Positions 24,754-34,251 of a DNA stretch of 64,000 nt are shown here, in pieces (within the stretch, counting starts at the first letter, position 1; the number at the start of each line of letters is the position of its first letter). This DNA is from a virus (Duplodnaviria > Heunggongvirae > Uroviricota > Caudoviricetes). The position numbers were made by a program, and so were the translations under genes. The notes beneath the pieces are model-generated. The model made no database searches and was not told the DNA's origin. It saw only the letters and a list, made by a program, of their open reading frames with translations. The stretch is taken from the IMG/VR virus record IMGVR_UViG_3300025015_000009, positions 128,001-192,000 of that record, one strand, 5' to 3'.

Positions 24754-26742
24754 TTACGGTACCATATCACAATTTGAATCAGAATAACTTCCACAATAAC
24801 CCCCGCAGCTTGTTCCCCAAGGAGCGTCGGAAGCCCCGTACTGATAAACACCGTTGGTATATGTACCTGGGAAATGTATTGTTGTTACCTGGTATGTATT
24901 TATCGACCAGTAACAGCCAGATGGTGGACTGTACGTATAACTATCACACGTTCCTACCCAACAGTATGAGTTAGAGACAAACTGACCGGCTTTTGTGTAC
25001 GTGCCTGCCAATGTAAGTGGACTCTCAATATAGGAAATAGTTATTGTATTTTTACTAAAGTAATTGTGGTCTCGAACATATATTGTCGTCGGAACTCCAT
25101 TTTGAATACTGTCAGCTACCACATCGATGTACGTATAGTCACTGCTAAAGCCACTTCTGAGTGCCGACGATAGTCTCCACTTAGCATTACTATTAGGGTT
25201 AATAGCATTTATTTTTTGGAAGAACGCAGCTTTTCTTTCTTCAAATGTATCAGGAACAACAGTGGCTAAACTACCAAATGCAGCCAAGTCTGTTACTGGA
25301 ACAGTTGGATCTATAAGTGGATATGAATATGTTAACGAATCTGTGTGATTGATAGTTAAATTGGGAATTGAGTTGATCTCCGGACAACTATTTAAACACC
25401 AAATAATTCGATTTGGCATCAGTGCAAATTTTGCATCATTTACTGTTATTGCCTCTTTTGTTGATAACGAAACTATCTCTAAGAAAAGATCTGATTGAGA
25501 TTGAATTGCTGGATATTTTAATAGTGTTGTATATGCGGCAACTGCCGATACATATGCCGACGCAACAGATGTTCCTGCTGTTACTTTGTAACCAGTGGTT
25601 GACATGTAATCTGCGGTAGTGACGTTCTCACCTGGTGCAAAAATATCTACCGCCGTCTGAGTAAATAGCGGGAGTGACGTGTCGGTTACAGAATTATTAT
25701 AATTGGTGAACCCACAGAGTGTACTAGTTAAGTCGATCGCACCTACTGTTAATACTGTCCGCATCGACGCCGGGGTTAGTAGTTCGATAGGTTGCCCCGA
25801 GTTACCGGCGGCGCATACAAACTTAATATTCAAGGTGTCGATCATACCTTGAATAATACTCTCGATTATTGTATTTTTCATTATTACCCATGACATATTC
25901 ACTACGTGAATTTCAGTCGGGTGTAACACAACATACTCAATTATAGAATTAAACCCAGCTATCACATCTTCGAGAGTCGACAATCTAGTAGAATCTAATA
26001 TTTTAACATTCTGAATAATAACATACTCTGGAACAACGCCAACAGTCGCCCCTACTATAGCCGACGCCAGTGATGTTCCGTGACCGTTATGATCAGTATA
26101 ATCCGGCGGCGCGATTGTAAACAAGTTCTGTACATTGTTATTAAACTCTATATGATTACTGTTTACACCCGAATCCATTAAGTATACATTTGTAACTACT
26201 CGGTTAATAGGTGTGAGTCGCCCTATCTGGGTCTCACCTGGCAGGACTCTGTTAAAAATTCTAGATAACGCCCAATTGTCACTTACTGCTATTGCTGTTG
26301 TAGGGGCAATAGCAGCTAGGTCAATTGTTACTCCAGGTGACGATTCCCACACAGTAGGTGACAATGGCAACGATAGTAAAGAGATAGTCGTATCGTTTAA
26401 TTGAATGTCGTCGATTAGGTTAGAATTTAGTAACGAAGTAATATGAATCGAGTCAATGGCATCTATTCTATATACATTTCTACCTAATACCGAAATAGCA
26501 GAATCTGGGAAGTTAGTCTGAAGTGTTGCCAGGTCGAGACTAGTCTGCACAATACACACATACGACCCTGTTCCGATCACCGAAAATGTTGCGTCAGGAC
26601 ATATTTTCTGTATTAAAGTTTTCTCAGAGAGATCACACGTTACTTCGTTCAGAAACGAAGACGATGCCCATGTTTTTGAGTATGCTGTTATCGCAGCAAG
26701 TTGCTCTGGTGTCGGTGATGCATGTACAGTGATTCTAATCAT
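24754..26742 (-). CDS. Subtilisin-like (S8) serine protease with prodomain and Cys-rich C-terminus
   Basis: Catalytic triad MDSG / HGHGT / GTSVAS; oxyanion motif AAGN. Confidence 0.92.
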   Translation of the reverse strand: MIRITVHASPTPEQLAAITAYSKTWASSSFLNEVTCDLSEKTLIQKICPDATFSVIGTGSYVCIVQTSLDLATLQTNFPDSAISVLGRNVYRIDAIDSIHITSLLNSNLIDDIQLNDTTISLLSLPLSPTVWESSPGVTIDLAAIAPTTAIAVSDNWALSRIFNRVLPGETQIGRLTPINRVVTNVYLMDSGVNSNHIEFNNNVQNLFTIAPPDYTDHNGHGTSLASAIVGATVGVVPEYVIIQNVKILDSTRLSTLEDVIAGFNSIIEYVVLHPTEIHVVNMSWVIMKNTIIESIIQGMIDTLNIKFVCAAGNSGQPIELLTPASMRTVLTVGAIDLTSTLCGFTNYNNSVTDTSLPLFTQTAVDIFAPGENVTTADYMSTTGYKVTAGTSVASAYVSAVAAYTTLLKYPAIQSQSDLFLEIVSLSTKEAITVNDAKFALMPNRIIWCLNSCPEINSIPNLTINHTDSLTYSYPLIDPTVPVTDLAAFGSLATVVPDTFEERKAAFFQKINAINPNSNAKWRLSSALRSGFSSDYTYIDVVADSIQNGVPTTIYVRDHNYFSKNTITISYIESPLTLAGTYTKAGQFVSNSYCWVGTCDSYTYSPPSGCYWSINTYQVTTIHFPGTYTNGVYQYGASDAPWGTSCGGYCGSYSDSNCDMVP

Positions 26743-26827
26743 TGGTTAGTTCCTTTTATGTATTTATCAGTTATAGCAAAATGCACCCACTGTGGGTGCA
26801 TTGGTTAGATAATACCGAGTCGATACA

Positions 26828-27268
26828 TTACACCCAGTATATATCTCGTATACGTTGATCTAGCAACGGTAGCATAATATCTTTTATTTTTTGGTCAACC
26901 ATTGCAGCGCCAAGAATATGTGACCAGTATAATGCTGTTTGGATTTGCTTTGCTTCTTTTACTGTTCGGTATATAAGACCAAATTCAGTCTGAATCCCAC
27001 TGGTTTTATACTGTATCAGGTACTCTAGAAGTACCTGATACGGATTTATTGAATTTGGGTTAAACTCTTTTGCATAATATATCGCTAATTCACAACATCT
27101 CTTAGTATTACCTAAAAAGTTATCATTTATATTCGCATGTAACGTCTCTTCTGTGCTTACATCTACTAATGCAACATCGAAGATAGTTAAATGAGAAGTG
27201 GGTTGTGTACTTAAGATTTGATTTTGAGCTATCGCATCTACTAGGTGCTCTGTAAACGATTCAAGCAT
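26828..27268 (-). CDS. Hypothetical helical protein
   Basis: 146-aa ORF coupled to the upstream Cys-rich gene. Confidence 0.6.
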   Translation of the reverse strand: MLESFTEHLVDAIAQNQILSTQPTSHLTIFDVALVDVSTEETLHANINDNFLGNTKRCCELAIYYAKEFNPNSINPYQVLLEYLIQYKTSGIQTEFGLIYRTVKEAKQIQTALYWSHILGAAMVDQKIKDIMLPLLDQRIRDIYWV

Positions 27269-27443
27269 TTTTTGTCTCCAACACCGGCCATTTTTTCATA
27301 ACACACGTTGTACTACGTATATACGTTTTTGCAGGTATAAAACACCCGCACTTACTACAGAACTTAGTTGCTGTTAGAAATTCGCATTGTTTACATATTG
27401 CTGCACGTTCGTCATGCAATTCTTTCGGTGTCAAGAATGACAT
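27261..27443 (-). CDS. Small Cys-rich metal-binding protein
   Basis: RxxICxxC..CxxCGCF..K......C...KW; GGAGG RBS. Confidence 0.75.
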   Translation of the reverse strand: MSFLTPKELHDERAAICKQCEFLTATKFCSKCGCFIPAKTYIRSTTCVMKKWPVLETKNA

Positions 27444-27487
27444 ATTACCTCCGCATTGTGCAAATATTTAGTAACATAGTAATACGT

Positions 27488-27922
27488 CTATTTTTTCTTA
27501 CCTTGATGAAATAACTGCTCTTCGGTTACTATTTTAAATGACAATCCGTGATTCTTGCAAAATTGCCGAGCCGCAGCCCATTTTGCTGTGTTAACAACAA
27601 CCATTAACTGGTCCCGTCGGGACTTAGCTGCTTCCATTGTTGTTTCTTTCTTTGGCTTAATTTCTATCATGTCCCCGTGATTCGCGCCACTGGCATCTTG
27701 AGAATACACAAAGAAGTCAGGCACATAGATAGTTTGTTTTCCAGTTAACGGATTTTTGTATGGGACCATAATACTCTCGCTGGCCCACTGTAACACTGAC
27801 GGGTGATTATCTAGCATGGTCATAAATGCGAATTCCCAGGATGATCTATACTTAATACTACCTTTCCCTATATATTTTTCGGGATGACGAGGTGTAAATA
27901 TCCCTTGCGCAAACTTAGACAT
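27488..27922 (-). CDS. gp4: Head completion protein, T4 gp4-like (TnsA-like nuclease)
   Basis: YRSSWE, WASE, YVPDF, IEIKP, NTAKWAAA. Confidence 0.9.
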   Translation of the reverse strand: MSKFAQGIFTPRHPEKYIGKGSIKYRSSWEFAFMTMLDNHPSVLQWASESIMVPYKNPLTGKQTIYVPDFFVYSQDASGANHGDMIEIKPKKETTMEAAKSRRDQLMVVVNTAKWAAARQFCKNHGLSFKIVTEEQLFHQGKKK

Positions 27923-28296
27923 TAAAACAACACACTACGAGTTACATACATATTTGACTGGTTGATACTCGATACACCCAATAAGCTGGATCCGTATCTA
28001 TAGTAGTTTAAAAATAATGCCAGTGTTCGACTTAATTCTGCTCCTTTTAGTGTTCTAAACTTTTCCAGAATTTGCATGGGATCTATTCCCTGTCGTTTCC
28101 CAGTGTATATAACCGCGGCAGCTATAGACTTCGCTGCTTTTTCATCATTGGTAACTACTTCAAAGAACGACAACAACGCATCGTGCTGGTTGGATGAGAA
28201 CGAGATCGGCGCTCTGACAAAAAAGTTGTTAAAGTATCTCTTTGCTGGTACCGGACTAGACAAATCGACTGTTGATATATTCGTAATTTCGCTCAT
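27922..28296 (-). CDS. Hypothetical protein
   Basis: Coupled ORF in the structural operon. Confidence 0.7.
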   Translation of the reverse strand: MSEITNISTVDLSSPVPAKRYFNNFFVRAPISFSSNQHDALLSFFEVVTNDEKAAKSIAAAVIYTGKRQGIDPMQILEKFRTLKGAELSRTLALFLNYYRYGSSLLGVSSINQSNMYVTRSVLF

Positions 28297-28305
28297 GGTG
28301 TACCT

Positions 28306-29904
28306 TTAAATATTCTGGAACCCAAATTTCGGCTCGTATGCAGGCGTTGGTGTTGTTACACTAGTTGCTGCTGGTGGCGAGTTCGCTAATCCCCAGGCGT
28401 TCGAATAATCTGCAATGTCAGGTTGTGTGTTGCTAACTATTGCTCCGTTCGACGTAATTCCGCCAGAACTGTTTCCTGTGTTTGACGCCCCAACTCCGAA
28501 CATTGCACTCAACGAAGAACTAGTCGGAAACGACACTCCGCTTAACGGGTTAACCCCAGTTAGTATATCAACCCCGACATCCAATAGTTCGTTTAATGCA
28601 ATATGGCCAAAATCTAGGTTATCAAAATTCGCTGTATTACTTCTACTCGCCGTTGGATACGGATCGTAGCCTGACATAACTGATGGCATGTATGTACCAG
28701 TGCTGATTTCTCCGAGTGGAGTTCCTCCACCGAGCGGGCTCGGTCCTTTATCGTAGTGCAATCTAGCAAAGCCGTCGGGAGATTCACTGGACACCGAGCC
28801 GTAACTAGTTAATATGTTCATTGGCTCTAAGCTCATGTCGATCTGCATTACTGCTGACGAGTCTCCTGAATGCTCACCAAATCTCGATGACTTAATAATA
28901 GGATTTACTAATATGTACTCAGTAAAACGTCTTTTGTGTAAACTATATAGTCTAATCGCACTAAAGAAGTGCCCGCTTACATTCGTATCATACCCCCAGC
29001 CGCCGCGAGGATCTTTAAAGTAATGTGAATTATATGCAATGAGCAACTGGTTGATAATGTCTGCACTGTCGTCGTAAAATGTCAAGTTTACCGTGTCGTA
29101 TTTTATCTTAGTTAGAACTACGTTTGGTCTATTATAAGCATTGCATGTTTTGCTATCAAAACTAAACTTCGGCAGTGAGACTGCCTTTGCTAACATGCCT
29201 GCTTCTATGCTCTTGTTCCCAGATAGCCCACCGTCGAATGCAACATGGAACATGTATCCTAACTTCGGGGTTAGTCGATGGTTATCTCTAACAAATAATC
29301 GGTCAGCGTGTCTCCAATCTCTGAGAATCGTGCCATCTGGTAATCGACCGGCACCACTGTCTCCTGGTGCAATACCGACGTCGTAATAGTTAATATACGT
29401 CGCACCGCTGTTTGCACTATTTACTTCGTTCGAGTTATTCCCAGTTAACGCATCTGTTATTGCAATACCTAAGTCTGCCCCTAATGCAGCACCTGCTGAT
29501 CCGCCTAATGCACCACCTAGTCTCTGGCCAATTGTATCTAATATACTTCCTTCACCACCCAATGCCGAACCAATCGAGCCACCGACGTTGCTACCGAGAT
29601 CGTACCCTACTCCGCCACCGATATTGCTTAGTGTTCCGGTTAACCCGCTTAGTGGGTCAGCATAGCTTGACTGCTTGTACGTTAGAAGTGCATTGGGACT
29701 TGACGGATTAGGACCTAATAAAGAAAGGGTTTGTTGTTCGACAGACTGTATATTGTACCCAGTTGGCATACCCCAGCCTGATAACTGCCCTGAATAAGAA
29801 TCTGCGTTGCTAATCGACGTTGACACATTTGCGACAGGCGATGAGAAAAGCCCTGGTGCGCCAAGGCCTGTCTCGAACTCGCTGTATATTGTTGCTACTG
29901 CCAT
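28306..29904 (-). CDS. Tail tube-like baseplate protein (gp54/gp48-like) with Gly-rich extensions
   Basis: KAVSLPKF..KYDTVNLTFYDD tube fold; follows gp19. Confidence 0.65.
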   Translation of the reverse strand: MAVATIYSEFETGLGAPGLFSSPVANVSTSISNADSYSGQLSGWGMPTGYNIQSVEQQTLSLLGPNPSSPNALLTYKQSSYADPLSGLTGTLSNIGGGVGYDLGSNVGGSIGSALGGEGSILDTIGQRLGGALGGSAGAALGADLGIAITDALTGNNSNEVNSANSGATYINYYDVGIAPGDSGAGRLPDGTILRDWRHADRLFVRDNHRLTPKLGYMFHVAFDGGLSGNKSIEAGMLAKAVSLPKFSFDSKTCNAYNRPNVVLTKIKYDTVNLTFYDDSADIINQLLIAYNSHYFKDPRGGWGYDTNVSGHFFSAIRLYSLHKRRFTEYILVNPIIKSSRFGEHSGDSSAVMQIDMSLEPMNILTSYGSVSSESPDGFARLHYDKGPSPLGGGTPLGEISTGTYMPSVMSGYDPYPTASRSNTANFDNLDFGHIALNELLDVGVDILTGVNPLSGVSFPTSSSLSAMFGVGASNTGNSSGGITSNGAIVSNTQPDIADYSNAWGLANSPPAATSVTTPTPAYEPKFGFQNI

Positions 29905-29926
29905 TCGTTTTTACCGAAGTAAAAAA

Positions 29927-30574
29927 TTAAACTGCTAACATGTTTCCTGGGTCACGGCCAACCGAAATACCAACACCTTCAGCAGTAGAATCAGATGCAT
30001 CTGTTTGCAATGCATTGTCGTACCGAATAGTCATGTTAATAGTCACTGGATCGTTTGATGCATAATCAAGATCGTTGTAGTTAATTTGGCTTAAGAAGCA
30101 ACCAGTAATTTCCCACGACTCTAAGACATTCGGGGCATTCACTCCGTTACCACCGTCAAGCATGTCTAATGTCATTGCGAACTTGTAATCTCCGGACGCT
30201 GCTGCACTCGACATTTCCATGAAGTCAAATTGCTTCTGAATTTGTTGACCAACCACCTTAGAAATATTACTGGACATGTCATCCCGGACAACCAATTGAA
30301 TTTCCTGCCATTCTGGTTTACCATAAATGTACACCTTACTGTTGTAAGTGTCAATTGCAATAGGTGAAAAGTTTACGCTTGGACGAGCACAAGTAACTAC
30401 TTGCTTTGATAACTCAAGAACTGTGTTTGCATCACCGCCTGATGTTGCTACTCCGTTTGCCCCACCAAACTTAGTAAAGCTAACGCGAAAACGAAACTTC
30501 AGTTTCGGCATCAGCAATCCGTGGTTGCCAGATAATGAGTATGGTGAAAATTTGTTAATATTTGATAGTGCCAT
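29927..30574 (-). CDS. gp19: Tail tube protein
   Basis: PKLKFRFRV, GKPEWQEI..RDD, LDYASNDPVTINMTIRYD. Confidence 0.9.
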   Translation of the reverse strand: MALSNINKFSPYSLSGNHGLLMPKLKFRFRVSFTKFGGANGVATSGGDANTVLELSKQVVTCARPSVNFSPIAIDTYNSKVYIYGKPEWQEIQLVVRDDMSSNISKVVGQQIQKQFDFMEMSSAAASGDYKFAMTLDMLDGGNGVNAPNVLESWEITGCFLSQINYNDLDYASNDPVTINMTIRYDNALQTDASDSTAEGVGISVGRDPGNMLAV

Positions 30575-30664
30575 TTAAATCTCCTTTAAGACTTGTTAAT
30601 AATATTTATCCAATTATTAACTTTTTTATGGTGGCTAGCAAAATCATAATATGCGTATATTACA

Positions 30665-30988
30665 TTAATCAATGTTATCTAAGTTAGGCATTTTTCTGAG
30701 TGCAGTTATTTGCCCATTGTTACTAACAATCATCACATCCACAAGCATTGTATTTAAGTACTCTATTAATGCAGGCGTAGCATATAACCACTCACCGTTA
30801 TGCCGGATCTTCTCAAATTGACTATGAATTTGTTTTTCTAACTCGAACCCGCCTGAGAAGTATCCCAGTAGTCGCAATCTTAACGCATTCCCAGTTGATA
30901 ACGCTTTTATCCGTTTATGAGGATGACGGGCAACTCCAATTTTAATTGCAGTTCCATCGGTTATAGCATAAACATATGACTCACTCAT
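30665..30988 (-). CDS. GIY-YIG family (T5orf172/MUG113-like) protein
   Basis: YVYAI..IKIG....KRIKALSTGN...E..IH..F..GEW. Confidence 0.8.
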   Translation of the reverse strand: MSESYVYAITDGTAIKIGVARHPHKRIKALSTGNALRLRLLGYFSGGFELEKQIHSQFEKIRHNGEWLYATPALIEYLNTMLVDVMIVSNNGQITALRKMPNLDNID

Positions 30989-31069
30989 AATGTTACTTAT
31001 CGTGCAACGTACTCGATATTCAAGTTATTTGATTTTCTCTGCTAAATAGTTTACACTGGGTTAACTACA

Positions 31070-32608
31070 ATGTCGATTACCTGCAAAATATGCAACACTG
31101 AGTTTCAACGAATAATCCCTTGGCAGCATTTAAGGGACCACGCTGTATCAACAGCTGAATATAAAAAACAATTCGGTGATGTATATAGTCCAGAGACCTT
31201 AGACAAACTTTCTAAACGAGTTCCGCACAACAAAGGGCAGAAAGTAACTGACCCAGCCGTATTGTTAAATATAGCGGCTGCTGTACAGGCTCGTGAAAAA
31301 CGTTTTCGGGCGGGAGAGATAAAGCGAGGAGTCAACTGGAGCGATGAACAAAAAGAACACCTTAGCTTAAAAACTAAAGAGTTTGCTGCAATGCACCCAA
31401 CTGCAATTAAGAACCGAGCAGCAAAAGCAATTCAAACAAAAGTAAGCACCGGGTATGACTTCGGCGGTAACATGCGGGGGAAGACGCACTCGGTTGACAC
31501 AAAAGCTATACTCCAAAACGCTGCTCGTATTAACAACGTAAGAAAGAGTGCCCGCTCACACGAACAGATATTACATAAAATAAACGAACTGTCGCTTACG
31601 TTACTATCTGACATTTCGTTATCAACTCTCGAGTTGCAATGTAACATATGCAATACTCACTTTTCATTCACTAAGCAATATTTTCAACCAGCTAAGTTTA
31701 AAGAGTCCTTGTGCCCAACTTGCTATCCAAGAAATAAACCGTACTCTAAGAAGGAGATGGAAATGTTCGATTTCATCAAAGCTATTGCACCAGATGCAAT
31801 ACACAGTTATCGACCACATTACCATGATAAAGAACTAGACGTTTTTGTTGCGAACAAGAACATCGGGTTCGAGTTCAACGGGTTATACTGGCACTCAGAA
31901 CAAACACTATTGGCTAATAACTCGTCTGCAACAGCTGATTATGAGAAGCAACAGTTGTTCTCAAAACAAGGAATCAGAGTAGTGCAGATATTTGAAGACG
32001 AGTGGGATAACAAACAAGAGATTGTTAAGAGTCGAATACATAACATTCTAAACAACACCCCCACTCGTGTTTATGCAAGAAAATGTGAGGTCAGAGAAAT
32101 ATCGAGTAGTATTGCGTCAGAGTTCATTACCCGAACACATATAATGGGTACAGGCCGAAGCAATATTCGATTTGGGTTATATCACTGCAACACTCTTGTC
32201 TCAGTTATGACATTCTCTAATAGTAATATTTCTAGGAAGATTAATAACCAATGGGAGATAAACCGGTTCTCATCTGAACTTAACACTACTGTGGTCGGGG
32301 GCGCATCTAAACTATTCGCTGCTTTTATTAAAGAGGTTAATCCCGAATCGGTTATCTCATACGCCGATAACCGATGGTCAACTGGTGCGTTATATAAAAA
32401 CTTAGGATTTGTTCACGTAAGTGCTGGTACTCCTAACTACTGGTACACAAAGCCAAATACAACTCTTCGTATACATAGATTTAGGCTGAGAAAGAACAAA
32501 ACTGATAATCAACATTTGTCAGAAAACGAAAACAGATTTGCTCAGGGATTCCTCCGTATATGGGACAGCGGTTCATCGAAATGGCTTTGGTCAAAAACTC
32601 TGTGTTGA
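31070..32608 (+). CDS. Hef-like homing endonuclease
   Basis: ELDVF..FEFNGLYWHSE, IFEDEW, YARKC, SYADNRWS, RIWDSG. Confidence 0.85.
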   Translation: MSITCKICNTEFQRIIPWQHLRDHAVSTAEYKKQFGDVYSPETLDKLSKRVPHNKGQKVTDPAVLLNIAAAVQAREKRFRAGEIKRGVNWSDEQKEHLSLKTKEFAAMHPTAIKNRAAKAIQTKVSTGYDFGGNMRGKTHSVDTKAILQNAARINNVRKSARSHEQILHKINELSLTLLSDISLSTLELQCNICNTHFSFTKQYFQPAKFKESLCPTCYPRNKPYSKKEMEMFDFIKAIAPDAIHSYRPHYHDKELDVFVANKNIGFEFNGLYWHSEQTLLANNSSATADYEKQQLFSKQGIRVVQIFEDEWDNKQEIVKSRIHNILNNTPTRVYARKCEVREISSSIASEFITRTHIMGTGRSNIRFGLYHCNTLVSVMTFSNSNISRKINNQWEINRFSSELNTTVVGGASKLFAAFIKEVNPESVISYADNRWSTGALYKNLGFVHVSAGTPNYWYTKPNTTLRIHRFRLRKNKTDNQHLSENENRFAQGFLRIWDSGSSKWLWSKTLC

Positions 32609-32632
32609 CATCACACACAACTAAATAATATT

Positions 32633-34222
32633 ATGCAATACAAACTTACTACTTTCTTAACTTCGTGCCCGTCAAGATGGCGCACTCGGAATATCGTCAA
32701 GTATCCAGACTATGTTACTTACTTAGAATCGTTATTTCCTGCTGTTCCCCTTAACCTTCAGATCGACTGCTTTATCAATAACACGTCTCCGTACTGTGTT
32801 GTTTGCAATACCCCAGTTAAGACGTTGGGCAAAACAACCTGCTCGGTTAGATGCCGGTCTAATCACTTGGCCTCACATCAAGATAGTCGATTACAAAAAC
32901 AAAAAGAAACACTGTTGAAAAAATATGGTGTCAACAACATACGAAACATACCAGGTGTAAGCGAAAAACGTAATGTAACAATGTTTCAGAAGCACGGGGC
33001 ATTAGTATCTCCTCTTACTCGGCAAAGAGCGAAAGAGCGAAGCAACGAACTGAATGTTAAAGGTCAACAGACCATTATGAACAAGTACGGCGTCACTAAT
33101 GTATCACAACTCCCTTCAGTTAAAGACAAAAAAACACAAACTTCAATGAGAAAATACGGAGTTAACAATGTGTCTCAAAAACATATATTACCCGAAATGT
33201 TAGCTATTCTACACAGCAAGCCATTGCTAGACGAGTTTATGAAAGGAAAAGGAGTTCGCGAAGCAGCATTGTTGTTGGGTATCAACTTTACTACCGTATA
33301 CAAACAGCTTGCTGTGTTTGATATAGGCAATATCCGCACCAGTAGCTCGTATGAAACTGAAATCGAGGCGTGGTTACAACAATACCCTGTTACCTATGTC
33401 CGCAACAACAGAAGAACGATTGCCCCGTTAGAACTGGATTTCTTTTTTCCTGATTTAAATGTAGCAATCGAATTTAACGGGCTTGCTCATCACAGTGAGT
33501 TCTTAGGCAGCTCATTGAGGAACAACAAGACGAGTTTTAGAAATTATCATCGCAACAAATGGAAACTATGTGTAGAAAAAGGAATCACCTTACTGTCAAT
33601 ATTCGAAGATGAGTGGAACACAAGAAAAGACGTAGTTAAACGTACAATCCTTCGATTACTTAAGATTTCACCAACAAAAGCAGTAGGGGCTCGGTCGCTG
33701 CGGGTAACCGAAACCATAAACAAGACGCAAGTAATTGCGTTTTTAAACAAAAATCATTGGCAAGGCGGAATAAGAAACTTTCAGGTTGGGTTTGAAGCTT
33801 ACCTCAATGATCAACTTGTTGGTGTTATGACGTTTTCTTACCAGGATAGCGAATACATATTAACTCGGTACTGTATTGGAGAAGGTAACTTTCCGGGATT
33901 ATTCTCAAAAATGATGAAGGCATTTGTTAACAAATATCAACCAGTGCAAATAACAACTTTCTCAGACAACAGATATGCAACTGGGCAGATATATCAGAAT
34001 AACGGGTTTACTCACGTTGCAGATTTGCAAGAGGGATATGCGGTCACTGATTATACTAATAGATGGCATAGAAGCAACTTCCAAAAGAAACTCATACAAC
34101 GAAGGTTTAATGTAGATGTGTTAGGTAAAACAGAAACGCAACTTCTGCATGAAGTTAAACTTGATAGAATATGGGATTGTGGGAAAAAGAAATGGCAGTG
34201 GACAAGAAAACAGGGCACTTAA
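32633..34222 (+). CDS. Second Hef-like homing endonuclease
   Basis: KYGVxN repeats, ELDFF..IEFNG, IFEDEW, FSDNRY, RIWDCG. Confidence 0.85.
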   Translation: MQYKLTTFLTSCPSRWRTRNIVKYPDYVTYLESLFPAVPLNLQIDCFINNTSPYCVVCNTPVKTLGKTTCSVRCRSNHLASHQDSRLQKQKETLLKKYGVNNIRNIPGVSEKRNVTMFQKHGALVSPLTRQRAKERSNELNVKGQQTIMNKYGVTNVSQLPSVKDKKTQTSMRKYGVNNVSQKHILPEMLAILHSKPLLDEFMKGKGVREAALLLGINFTTVYKQLAVFDIGNIRTSSSYETEIEAWLQQYPVTYVRNNRRTIAPLELDFFFPDLNVAIEFNGLAHHSEFLGSSLRNNKTSFRNYHRNKWKLCVEKGITLLSIFEDEWNTRKDVVKRTILRLLKISPTKAVGARSLRVTETINKTQVIAFLNKNHWQGGIRNFQVGFEAYLNDQLVGVMTFSYQDSEYILTRYCIGEGNFPGLFSKMMKAFVNKYQPVQITTFSDNRYATGQIYQNNGFTHVADLQEGYAVTDYTNRWHRSNFQKKLIQRRFNVDVLGKTETQLLHEVKLDRIWDCGKKKWQWTRKQGT

Positions 34223-34239
34223 TATGCCCTGTTTTTCTT
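34204..34239. terminator. Bidirectional terminator between convergent genes
   Basis: AAAACAGGGCA...TGCCCTGTTTT. Confidence 0.75.
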
Positions 34240-34251
34240 ACTACTCGTTAC

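Noticed and set aside
26828-27268. AhpD/CMD-like assignment for the 146-aa protein
   Set aside because: Only a vague helical resemblance, and no CxxC motif.
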